This document shows, in pieces, positions 12,871 to 24,767 of a stretch of DNA of 64,000 nucleotides. The stretch comes from Octopus sinensis. Its lineage: Eukaryota. The position numbers and the translations under genes were made by a program. The DNA lies in assembly GCF_006345805.1 (NCBI RefSeq), contig NC_043006.1, positions 70,246,001 through 70,310,000 on the forward strand. The letters run 5' to 3'. Within the stretch, counting starts at the first letter, position 1; the number at the start of each line of letters is the position of its first letter. The notes under the pieces are model-generated. The model did not search any database, was not told the DNA's origin, and worked only from the letters and a program-made list of their open reading frames with translations.

Positions 12871-13202
12871 GATACATTTTATAGTCCATTGGCACCAAAG
12901 TAACTCTATGTCATAAGTACCTCTTCTACACTATATCTACTCTCCTAAACAGGTTACCTCCTCCGCAACATGCAGTGTCCTTGTCTCTTCTGTGCAGTTA
13001 CCTTTCCATAAACCTCTGGGTTTGTTTGGATTTTGTCACTCTTAACTCCATACGACTTGGGATTGTCCTAGAAACTGCACAGAAGAGACAAGAGCTCTGC
13101 ATGTTACGGAGTGGGTAGCCTGTTTAGAAGGGTAGATGCAGTATAGAAGGGGTACTTATAACATAGGGTTACTTTAGTGCCAGTAGAATATAAAATGCAT
13201 AC
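12871..13202. repeat. Diverged inverted repeat, arms 12871-12999 / 13073-13202
   Basis: Arms align as reverse complements with scattered substitutions. Confidence 0.75.
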
Positions 13203-13953
13203 AATTTTTTTGACGTAACACTCAAATTAGGCACAAGTTCATGAGGACCCTACCGCAAACCAAACGAAAGGTTATTGCACGTCAACACCCCCTCTTGTCT
13301 GCTGTCTATAGTGTTTTAAAATCTTGTAAAGAGTGACAGTAGGATAGTTTCGAATCTACCCTCAAATAAATATGTTTTTCACGCAATTCCTCCTAATTGC
13401 AACGTGGGTCTTGCAGCCAGACGGTTTAAAGACTATATCACGTATATTTCCAGCATTAACATTCGCAAGAGAAAGTACCAAGAGAAAGGCCACTCTTAGA
13501 TGAGTGGACAAGCATCTTACATAGGTAAAAAATAAGCAGCTGATAACTTTAACAGATTGATAACATTAAGCAAAAAATTGAGGACCACGGATTGTAATAA
13601 TAATCACTAGTTAATATTATCCATCATTATAGTAAACAGCTTCCATTGTGTGTATGTGTGAATGTGTGCGTGTGTGAGTATGTGTGTGTGTATATATGTA
13701 GGGTGGTGTCTTTGTGTCTGCGTTTGTCTCCCACCACCACTTGACAACTGGTGTTGGTGTATTTACATCCTCGTAGCATAGAGGTTCGGCAAAAGAGACC
13801 GATAGAATAAGAACCGTGCTTTCAATGATAAATAGGTAATGGGGTCGATTCATAGAATTGAAAATTCTTCAAGGCAGTACCCCGGCATGGCTGCAGTCTA
13901 ATACCTGAAACAAGCACAAAAGCAAAAAAAAAAAGATATCACGGATATATATA

Positions 13954-14005
<52 letters not shown>

Positions 14006-14149
14006 TAAATTGACTCCCAAATGGATTATGGTTTAAAAAGCGATTCTGTAAGATTTGACTTAAAAACAGTAATGAATTTATTGTATGCAGTGCTCAGGTG
14101 CACTACAAACATTCAGAAAAAGTAACCAAAACTGCATGAACAGGACATA

Positions 14150-15055
14150 AAATAATCTTTTCTACTCTGGGCACAAGGCCCGAAGTTTTGTGGGGAAGGG
14201 GCCAGTCGATTAGATCGACCCCAGTACGCAACTGGTACCTAATTTATCAACCCCGAAAGGATGAAAGGCAAAGTCGACCTCGGCGGAATTTGAACTCAGA
14301 ACGTAGCGGCAGACGAAATACCTATTTATTTACTACCCACAAGGGGCTAAACACAGAGAGGACAAACAAGGACAGATAAACGGATTAAGTCGATTACATC
14401 GACCCCAGTGCGTAACTGGTAAATAATTTATCGACCCCGAAAGGATGAAAGGCAAAGTCGACATCGGTGGAATTTGAACTCAGAACGTAACGGCAGACGA
14501 AATACTGCTAAACATTTCGCCTGGTGTGCTAACGTTTCTGACAGCTCGCCTTTACTAAACATATTATACATTTCTGCTCTAGGCACAAGGCCCGAAATTT
14601 TGTGGAGAGGGGTCCAGTCGATTAGATCGATCTCAGTACGCAACTGGTGCCCTGAAAGGATGAAAGGCAAAGTCAACCTCGGCGGAATTTGTACTCAGAA
14701 CGTAAAGACAGACAAAATACTGCTAAGCATTTCGCCCGGCGTGCTAACGTTTCTTATTTCTTTACTTCCCACAAAGGGCTAAACATAGAGGGAACAAACA
14801 AGGACAGACATAGGTATTAAGTCGATTACATCGATCTCTGCGTAACTGGTACTTAATTTATCGACCCCGAAAGGATGAAAGGCAAAGTCGACCTCGGCGG
14901 AATTTGAACTCACAACGTAACGGCAGACGAATACTGCTAAGCATTTCGCCCGACGTGCTAACGTTTCTGCCAGCTCGCCGCCTTACAGAACATACAATAA
15001 TGCACAGATTATATCGACTCCAGTGCGTAATTGGTACTTATTTAATCGACCCCGC
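14150..15055 (-). mobile_element. Cluster of about five nested/tandem family-A SINE copies
   Basis: Repeated ggatgaaaggcaaagtcgacctcggcggaatttgaactc blocks. Confidence 0.85.
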
Positions 15056-15065
15056 AAGTTGTGGC

Positions 15066-16790
15066 AGAATGAGGTGGAGGAGTAGGAAGACGAGGAGGAA
15101 GAAAAGAAGTGGAGGAGGAGGAAGAAGAAGATGAAGATGAGTTGGAGGAGGAGGGAAGAAAAAGAGGGGGAGAGGGAAGAAAAGAAGAGGAGGGTGAAGG
15201 AGAGGAGGAGGTGGTGGAGGAGGAGGAAGAAGAGGAGGAGGAGGAGAAGGAGGAGGAGAAGGGGGAGAGGAGGAGGAGGAGGTGGTGGTGGAGGAGGAGG
15301 TGGTGGCGGAGGAGGAGGAGAGGAGGAGAAGGAGTAGGAGGAGGAGAGGTAGAAGTAGAAGAAGAAGAAGAAGAAGAGAGGAGGAGGAGGGAGGAGAAGA
15401 AGGAGAGGAGGAGGAGGAGGAGGAAGAAGAAGAAGAAGAAGAAGAGAGGAAGAGGAGGTGGAGAAGGAGAAGGAGGAAGAAGGGGATGATGATGTGGTAG
15501 ATGAAGAAGAAGAAGAAGGCGAGGAGGAGGTGAGGAGGAGGAAGAGGAAAAAGAAGAGGGGTGGAGGAGGTGGAGAAGATGGAGGAGGAGGAGGTGGTGG
15601 ATGAAGAAGAAGAAGAAGGGGGAGGAGTGGGAGGAGGAGAAAGAAGAAGAAGAAGAGGAAAAAGAAGAGGGGTGGAGGAGGTAGAGAAGATGGAGGAGGA
15701 GGAGGAGGAGGTGGAGAAGAAGGAGGAAGAGGAGGAGGTGGTGGTGGATGAAGAAGAAGAAGTGGAGGAGGAGGAGGAGGAGGAGAAGAAGGAGGAAGAG
15801 GAGGAGGTGGTGGTGGATGAAGAAGAAGAAGTGGTGGAGGAGGAGGAGGAGGAGAAGAAGGAGGAAGAGGAGGTGGTGGTGAATGAAGAAGAAGAAGTGG
15901 AGGAGGAGGAGAAGAAGGAGGAAGAGGAGGAGGTGGTGGTGGATGAAGAAGAAGTGGTGGAGGAGGAGGAGAAGAAGGAGGAAGAGGAGGAGGTGGTGGT
16001 GGATGAAGAAGAAGTGGTGGAGGAGGAGGAGGAGGAAAAGAAGGAGGAAGAGGAGGAGGTGGTGGTGGATGAAGAAGAAGTGGAGAAGTGGAGGAGGAGG
16101 AGGAGGAGGAAGAGGAGGTGGAAGAGGGGAGGGGTGGAAGAGGGAGGAGGAAGGGGAAGAGAAAGTGATGGGAGAGGGGAAGAGGAGGAATGGGAGGAAG
16201 AGGAGGGGAGGAAGAAGAAGGGAGGAAGAGAAGGAGGATTAAGAGGAGGGGGAGGAGAAGGAGGGAAGAAGAATAGGAGAAAGAGGAGGGAAGGGAGGGG
16301 GAAGAAGAAGAAGAAGAAGAAGAAGAAGAAGACGAGGAGGGGAGGAGGAAAAAGCGGAGGAAAGAAGGAGAGAGGAAGAAGGGAGGGAGGAGGAGAGGGG
16401 AAGCAGTGGAAGGAGAGAGAGAGAGGAAGAAGAAAAGAAGAAGTGGAGGAGGAGGAGGAGGAAGAAAGAAGAAGAAGAGAGAAAAAAGAAGAAGAGGAGG
16501 AAGAAGGGGAGGAGGAAGAACAGGAAGAAGGAGAGGAGGAAGAAGAATAGAAGGAACAGGAGGGAATGGAGGGGGAAGAAGAAGAAGAAGAAGAAGAAGA
16601 GGAGGAGGAGGAGGAGGAGGAGGACACAAACCTAGGTGGAAGAAGGAGAAGAAGATGAAGAGGGGGAAGAGGGGGAAGAGAGAGGTGGAGCGGAGGGGAG
16701 GAGAAGGATGAGATGTGGAGTGCGAAGATAATAAGTAAGGAGAGGAGGAGAAGGGAGAGGAGGAGAAGGGAGAGGAGGAGGAGGAGGGGG
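15066..16790. repeat. About 1.7-kb purine-rich (GGA/GAA/GGT) low-complexity tract
   Basis: Read directly; strongly G/A on the + strand. Confidence 0.95.
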
Positions 16791-17667
16791 AGGCAACGTT
16801 TCTGCCAACTCGCCGCCTTACAGAACATAGAATAATGCACAGGAAATGAACAGCGAACAAGTCGTTAAAAATAATAGAATAAAATAAAATGGAGGGGGTT
16901 GGCATCAGGTGTTCTGTTGGCGAATTTCAGGAAGCTTGGCAATTTTAACATCTAACAATTGATGTGGGTTGTTTACAACACATAGGGATAGAACTCGTTG
17001 CTTTAGTCTTCAGAAAGGCAAGGGTCTTTCTTCGGTTACGATCGTTTCAATAATAGAATTTTTTATCAATTAACAAGATGGGTTATACATATTCAGATAA
17101 TATAAACTCATACGATATTAATTTAAAGCCTTACTTATCTTCAGACCATTTACAAAGGGAATATCGACGAAGACATTGGTTTACTTATCAGATTGTAGTC
17201 TATTAAATATAATACCGTTGCCTTTGATCTCTGCCCTTAACGATAATGGCCCTTTCTACCATAGAGCAATCAACATAACACACATCAACAAACACACAAA
17301 GCTAATCGCCCTACGGAAAAAAATTTGGAGAAGAAAAAAAAACTGGAAATTTTTTCCAAATCAAAACAAAGAATTTTTGTATCAGTGCATTAGTGACTTA
17401 TGGTTTGTGTCGAACAGCAGCTGCCTCGTGTGACACAAACCTAGCCACATTTGTTTATTGTATTTAATAGACTACAATCGGATAATTAAACCAATATGTC
17501 TTCTTCGATATTCCCTTTGTAAATGGTCTGAAGAAATGATAAGTATGACTTTAAATTAATATCGTATGAGTTTATATCATCTAAATACGTATAACCCATC
17601 TTGTTAATTGATAAAATAATTCTATTATTGAAACGATCGTCATTAAAGAAAGACCCTTTAGTAACCT

Positions 17668-18650
17668 TCATTCCTTTCTTATTCTCATATGAATATCCAG
17701 CAATGGTAATTCGTTGCAACTGGATTCAGTCGTGAATTTGATGGATGGGTGAAGTGTGTTGAGGATATTATTAAATATTTGTAGGTCGTCATTTGATTTG
17801 ACCTCAAAAGATGAAGCAGTCATCGACGAAACATTTCCACTTTTTAATAATGTATTTCTTGCAGTCCTCATTAAAAGCTCTCTCTACATCCTCATAAAGA
17901 GTTTCTTCCAAGTATCCCATGACTAGGTTAGCATATGAGTGTGCAAACTGCGTCCCCATAGCTGTGCCCTTTATTCGTCGATATGTTTTATTATCGAATC
18001 TAAAAGTGTTTTCTTCTAGTACCAGGCGTGCGGCCTTGGTGGTGAAATCAGTTTTGAGGCGTTCTCTGTTTCTCTACTCAGTGTTTGACTGCTTCCAGGC
18101 CCAAAGTGTTAAGTATATTGGTATAAAGGTTGATAACATCAAAACTTGTAAGTGAGCTGAAACTAGAATCTATCAATCATAGTGCCTTTTGGGACAGTGG
18201 GTGGAATGTGCTGGAGGAAAGCTATGCTATCCCGTATACAACTGAGTATTAATGAGCATAAAGGTTTTATGAGTATGTCCAAAAAGTGATTCAGTTGTTG
18301 TGTTGGTGCTTAAGGTCCTGCAACTATTGGTCTCAGTTTGAGGCCAGTAGGTCTTAGTATTTTATGTATTGGTTCACCTGCTCATTTATGGCTCTCTGTA
18401 TTTCGGGGCTTTTGTGGATTTTGGGTAATCCGTACAAATTGCACTTTTTGATTACAGAACTGCAGAAACAATTTCCTTGTCTGTGAAAGAATCTTGGTAT
18501 TCATTAATTAGTGTTTTGATTTCATTCATTATCGTTTTTTCCGGGTGTCTTGGTTCTCCCTTGTACTCGGTTTGGTCAGTCAGAATTTCCAAATGACTTA
18601 AAATTTTACAAATGTTCAAGAGATGACCCAAAATTCGGAAAAGCAATGGA
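17668..18650 (-). mobile_element. Degenerate Penelope-like retroelement reverse transcriptase fragment
   Basis: Fragments LYGLPKIHK...LRPIVAGP, KGTAMGT...YANLVMGYLE and NILNTLHPSIKFTTE...LPLLDI, typical of PLE RT. Confidence 0.8.
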
Positions 18651-18721
18651 GCTACACTTCATCAAAAAATTTTCTCCAAAGTTAAATATTCGAAAGTGAA
18701 GCAGATGAACTACATTTTTTT

Positions 18722-18878
18722 AATGTAAAGTATAAAAGCCATCACAATATGGCTAACCACAAAGGGGGGGGGTTACTGTATCTTTTTAGCCCCAGGATCT
18801 CCTGGGGCTAAAAGCTAGCTACAGTAAACCCCTCCCTTTGTGGTTAGCCATATTGTGATGGCTTTTATACTTTACATT
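18722..18878. repeat. Near-perfect 157-bp palindrome (foldback/MITE-like)
   Basis: aatgtaaagtataaaagccatcacaatatggctaaccacaaaggg is mirrored; centre is ccccagga-tc-tcctgggg. Confidence 0.85.
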
Positions 18879-18990
18879 GTCGAGCGATTACTGTTTACAT
18901 CTCGTTCTGAGATTTAATAATGCTACATTTTTTTTATTATTTTTTAATAGCAATGATGATGATGGAGAAGAGAAAACATTTATATGATAA

Positions 18991-19028
<38 letters not shown>

Positions 19029-19102
19029 ATATATATATATATATATTACGGAGATGTACTGCATAGCGAGTGACTTGATCTGAGATCGTGTGCTGGAACG
19101 AA

Positions 19103-19377
19103 AACAATTGCAGCGAAGAAGGTGTTTATAAGCCATTTAAGAAACACACAAAAAACCGTTAGATTCACTTCAACATTTAAATTTAATTTGTCAAAATATT
19201 TTCATCGCTTTGAGACCGCGACCTATTCACTGCAGCACGAAGTTTTGTCAGTGAACAAGTCGCGGTCTCAAAGCGACGAAAATATTTTGACAAATTGAAT
19301 TTAAATGTTGAAGTGAATCTAACGGTTTTTGTGTGTTTCTTAAATGGCTTATAAACACCTTCCACGCTGCAATTGTT
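19103..19377. mobile_element. Foldback of two inverted PLE-type terminal repeats (AACAATTGCAGCG family)
   Basis: About 130-bp inverted arms; the same family recurs at 42960-43310. Confidence 0.7.
19244..19294 (+). ncRNA. Hammerhead-like motif with G3-C8 swapped core
   Basis: UUUGUCA-GUGAACA-A-GUCGC(GGUCUCAAA)GCGAC-GAA-AAUAUU-U-UGACAAA. Perfect 7-bp stem I, 5-bp stem II and palindromic stem III. Confidence 0.6.
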
Positions 19378-19566
19378 GTATATATATATATATATAAAGG
19401 GAAAGTTTACGAAAATAAACAAAAGACGAAGGTGGAGTACAAACAAACAAATGTATTAGTATAGCGCTCAGGAATAGAAAGAGTCTTTTACGTTTCGAGC
19501 CTACGATCTTCGACAGAAAGATACACAGAAAAAAACAAGGAGAGAAAAATATGTGTGTGTGTGTGT

Positions 19567-19621
<55 letters not shown>

Positions 19622-20294
19622 ATGTATGTATGTATGTATGTATAACATTGGGATTTTGACAACTGCTCTTCCTATGGAATATACATATACCCGAGAAAGA
19701 ACACTAGAACCATTTTACCACTGTTTAGGAGAGATATCTAATGTAGCTACTTGGCAAAGTAATTCGTGAAAAAGATCTCTTTGAATTATCTTATCCAAGC
19801 AAGCAAGAAAAAGAAATCCTATAAAAGGATAAGATATTCTCAAAAATATATTTAAGCAGGCCCTGTCTTATTATATGATTTATATCCTACAGCGTGGCTT
19901 CCAGCTAAATATACAATGTACATACAAAACTCATTGATAATGTTTGATTAAATATAAATAGAGAACAGATTGAATTATAAACAGTGCCAAATAATTTTTT
20001 GGTATTCTGACTTTATTTTCTTAATTGATGAATATTGTACTAATATTTAATGTTTGTTCATGCAAAACATGGTATTACACAGAATATGGGATTTGACTAT
20101 ACAAGTGTAAAGGAATATAAATTTCCATAGGACTGTGACTGTGAACTCTTTAATTTTTCAGTGATGACCGCACCCTCCCGTCTTTACTTGTTTTTTTTTC
20201 TACTTCCTAAAAGTGACATCTTTGAAAGATCAGCAACCCTTGTGAGAAAATGACTTTATTTACAAATATTTTGATAGGTCTACAATGGAAAAAT

Positions 20295-20341
<47 letters not shown>

Positions 20342-21544
20342 GAGAAAGAAAGGAGAAAGAAAAAAGAAAAATGCTTTGTAATGAAATTTCAATGAATTGA
20401 CTACATCAAATTGAAAAGAAACACCTCTCTCTTTCTCTTTATCTCTTTATCTCTGTCTATCTCCCTGTCTATCTATTTGCTTGTCTATCTCTCTATCTAT
20501 GTATCTAGTTATCTTGGCTTTTCCCGTTATTATTTTTTCTCCTCTTGCTTGATTATCCTGAAACTTATCTCTCACTCTGTTCCCCCTATCCTTACTTTTC
20601 TCTCTCTCATACGAGTTTACTTCAGATATTCTCATTTTCAAAATCATTTCCGGCTAATCGTTGAGAGGACGTTGTTGTTGCTTTGGCGGAGATTTGCGCT
20701 TACTGAGTGCTCTTGTTAGCCATGTTTTTGGTGTGGTCACGTGTTTTTGGTATGATATAGATTGAAAAATAACGTATTTAGCAATCAATGTTGATTGTTT
20801 AGTTTATATGCTTTAAGTTATATATATACAATTCCTTGAGCTGGCGTTACCATTTTGGGTGTCTGTGGTTGAGTAGTTCTTTTGTTTTTGTTTTTTCCGT
20901 AATATGTTTAGTTAACTTGTTCTTTTGTGTTATAATTTTAGCATCACAATGTTCTTTTTGGGAGCAAATTCTTTGTTTTATAGTTACTGTTTTGTAAGTA
21001 TAAGTTAATATTAATTGTTTAATTCTTAGCTACCAGTAATAATACAGTGTTGGCATAACTGAAATACTCGCTAATGATTCGCTCCTGCCGATTACTGATT
21101 CCCGGACAGAATTTATATATTTAACGCTGCTGACATCCCTGAATTGAATAGTATTACCCAGGTGTCGAAACTATAATGATATCCGTTTGGCATCTGATGA
21201 AAGTAACACATATTTGTTATGCTTCTTTGTGAATTCTTAATTTCTTAGTCTCGTTATTCTGAGTTGTTCAATCTAGTAAAGCAGAAAATGTTTGTAGATT
21301 CATGGTTTGTGGAGATTACTAACATTGATTTGGTTATTTTTCTTAAATAATTTCATTAAGCTTGGGTAATGCTTAGATACTGCTGTCAAGTTTTGGGAGA
21401 GAGAAAGAGAGAGAGAAAGAGACAAATGTATATGTATATATACGGTTATATATGCATACCGATGTATGTATATGTATGTGTATATGAATTCATATACATA
21501 CAAACATGTTAACACAAGAAAGAAGCTTTGATCGTATTTTGGAA

Positions 21545-21783
21545 TCAAAGACATGTGTAGTCACCTCGTGCCGTCGGTGAGACTAGCGTTTGGTTTTCAG
21601 GTTTAAAATGTGAAACCAACACAGTACATTCCTTCGTGGCTTTGTCATATGAGAAGGCAACGCAGTAAAACTCTCGGACACATTTAAGAGAGCACTCTAA
21701 AAGGGAATCTTTTATCAAATTCGCTTTTATCGTATATTGGGTATTGTCGTTTACTGGAGTTTTCTCGAAGTAACTGCTTTCTT
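21545..21783 (-). CDS. Secreted CTLD/PAN protein: probable last exon, PAN/apple domain (SLLECSLKCVREFYCVAFSYDKATKECTV)
   Basis: ttccgcag acceptor, phase 1, open 78 codons to TGA. Cys spacing and C.AFSY...C motif match PAN/apple. An alternative donor (GTGACT) lies near the end. Confidence 0.78.
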
Positions 21784-22048
21784 CTGCGGAAAGAAAAAAA
21801 AATGGATTAGAGAAAAAATACTGTATTGTACATTATGACGCATTAAATACAATTCTACCGAAACAGCTGTCGTAAATTTTAAACGCCATTCATGTTCATA
21901 TTTTTATACTTACCCCATACCAAAGGCTCATTGGTGAGTCGGATCTATGGTTATAAATTGGATTTGGTAGTTGCATATCTACGCTATCCTACCAACATCT
22001 GAAGCCTTCAATGATGTTTATTTCACTGTTAGCTCTATGTGATCTTAC

Positions 22049-22098
22049 CTAGCCATTTCCGGCGTCCTACAGGTTGATGTGCCTTAATTCTTGAGAAG
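22049..22098 (-). CDS. Same gene: candidate 50-nt exon (FSRIKAHQPVGRRKWL)
   Basis: Strong GTAAGA donor, phase 2 to 1, compatible with neighbours; weak AAG acceptor. Confidence 0.4.
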
Positions 22099-22250
22099 CT
22101 TCAAAATGGAATTATATATATATATTACAGAAAATAAAGTAAATCTCGAACGCAGGTTAGCTGTCAAAACAGCCTAAAAGATCAGGTAAATACTCTCAGA
22201 AGACGGAAGACAGTTGCGAGCAAGCTTCTACAGAGAATCGAAACCTGTAC

Positions 22251-22548
22251 CTCTCAAATTCTAGCTGAGAGATCTGTACCATTAATCTAAGCGAATTCTC
22301 ACAACTAATGTTGTCTATATAGCTCGTGGAAAAATCTATGCCATATGTAAGTTGATCAAAGAGATGCAACTTATGCGTAGCTGAAAGAAAGTACATTCTT
22401 TTTAGATTGAAAAATTCTGCCACACTTCTTAATTCCAAATCCGAAATTTTCAGCAAATGCAAGCACATGGACGAATTTCTTTTGTCAAACTGGAGGATAC
22501 CACCCCCTCCGAATTGAGCAACTATCCCGCAAGCTTTTGCTCTCCTCA
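22251..22548 (-). CDS. Same gene: candidate exon within the 117-aa non-repetitive ORF 22196-22549; boundaries uncertain
   Basis: Long open frame in unique sequence. caacag acceptor (alternative ctccag acceptor further in); AG|GT donors at 22251 or 22245. Confidence 0.45.
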
Positions 22549-23055
22549 CTGTTGAATTATTTTACGCAAAAAGGAGCGCAACTCTCAATTTTCTTTCTTT
22601 TTTCCTTTCTTTTTTTTTTTTGCCTTTATTCACTTTTTCTCTTCCCATTCCACATATTGCATCAAACTTCTCATTCTTTCTTGGGGTTTCCCATGTAGCA
22701 GCGTCCCAGTTTTTAAATAGAGGTAACCATGTGTGCCCTGAGCCCAAAGACTGTTTAAAACACTAGGCACGTTATATAAATCTAACTCTATGCCAGTGTC
22801 TCTATGACGACAAACTATTCGGAACACTTATTTTAAATCTGTGTACAATAAATGATATTTATCTCTCACCGGATGTAATTTTTTATTCTACTTTAACGGA
22901 AAAGTAAACTCTGTGTGTGTGAGTGTGTGTGTGCGTGTGTGCGTCCGTGTCCTGGATATTATATTAAACTGCATCCGATATTGGGAGACCAGTTCGGGAG
23001 TTATGGGGAGCGTGGTGACACGCCCGAATTACCGTTACTCCCGTGTCAGTCTCAC

Positions 23056-23232
23056 CTCGGAACGGCAGTACCTATCAGGGCCCCATCTATCGGTTAAATA
23101 GATTTCCCAGGAGTAGAAGAGGTTCCGGTTATCTTTGATAAAACCGCAAGGAAGGCAGCTCTTCCAGGAAAACGATACTCTGGCATAAATCTTGTTGTCA
23201 AAATAGTACCAGTCATCATGCAATGCGTGTTG
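23056..23232 (-). CDS. Same gene: exon QHALHDDWYYFDNKIYARVSFSWKSCLPCGF...DRYCRSE
   Basis: tttccag acceptor and GTGAGA donor, 177 nt, phase 0-0; only one frame is open. Confidence 0.6.
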
Positions 23233-23498
23233 CTGGAAACTACTATGGCGACAGAGAGAGTAACAAAAGTGTTGTACAAGCTCTCGTCACTTAAATCCAG
23301 TGGCGTACAGATGTGCCACTATCATTTCATTTCTTGATCTGTTTTGCATTTTATAAAGTTCTATGGTGATGGATGCATGGTAAAAAAAAAAACGCAAAAA
23401 ATGTATCTTTTCACTTGCAAATGAGAACAATCTGGCTAAATGCGAGACAACTATAAGCTGACAAGATGAAGCAATCATCATGTATGTATATACATGTG

Positions 23499-23583
<85 letters not shown>

Positions 23584-23791
23584 GTGTGTGTGTTTGCCCT
23601 GAATGTGCGATAGACACACGTGTGTTGTCTTCCACCATTTTTTCCCTTTCTTTATCCTTTCAGAAGAGCATATGCTCGAAACGTAGAAGACATTTCCTTC
23701 AGATTTTTCCCATTTCCTAAGCGTAAACATAAATCATTCTGCTTGTTACTTTTTCTTTTTTCTCGCCTTGTGCTATCTATATTTTTGCGCT

Positions 23792-23838
<47 letters not shown>

Positions 23839-24534
23839 ACACACACACACACACACATACACACACATATATATATATATACATACACGTTTTTGTTTTA
23901 GTCAGAATCTATATATTTAAACGTGTTTATGTATATGAATGTATGTATGCATACTTCTGTACATACATACACATATACATGATACATACATACACACATA
24001 CATGCATACATACATACACACACACGCGCACACACACGCGCACACATACATACATACATACACCACACATACATACACACATACATACATACATACATAC
24101 ATAGATACATACATACATACATACATACATACCTACATACATACATACATATATACATACATATATACATACATACATACATACACACACACATACACAC
24201 ACACATGCATACTTACAGACGTACATACGTACAAGCACACACACACACAATTTGACATATTCAGATTTGCGCACACACGTATATATTTTCCCATGTACAC
24301 GCGCCCATGTACATGCAAACACTCATACCCAATCAAGGATAAACACACACATACACAAACAAAGACAACATGTACCATTGTCATAGAATCACATGAAACA
24401 TCACCATACAATCACATGCTACATAGTCATACAACAGTATCAGACATCGTCGAACATGCAGTCATAACAAACATCGCCATGCAACAACCTCAAATAACCG
24501 CACCAAACATCATCACACAACCACATTAGATACC

Positions 24535-24767
24535 TATTTCTTTACTACCCACAAGGGGCTACACACAGAGGGGACAAACAAGGACAGACATAGGTATTAA
24601 GTCGATTACATCGACCCCAGTGCGTAACTGGTACTTAATTTATCGACCCCGAAAGGATGAAAGGCAAAGTCGACCTCGGCGGAATTTGAACTCACAACGT
24701 AACGCAGACGAAATACCGCTAAGCATTTCGCCCGGCGTGCTAACGTTTCTGCCAGCTCGCCGCCTTG
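24535..24767 (-). mobile_element. Family-A SINE with a 17-bp target-site duplication (CAACCACATTAGATACC)
   Basis: Identical 17-mers at 24518-24534 and 24768-24784. Confidence 0.88.

Noticed and set aside
14983-16905. 640-, 600- and 329-aa ORFs (poly-P/S/L/E)
   Set aside because: Translations of a low-complexity purine tract; no domain, splice context or sensible composition.
21193-21230. CTGATGA as a further hammerhead (also CTGACGA near 63890 on the - strand)
   Set aside because: No properly placed GAAA or pairing stems follow.
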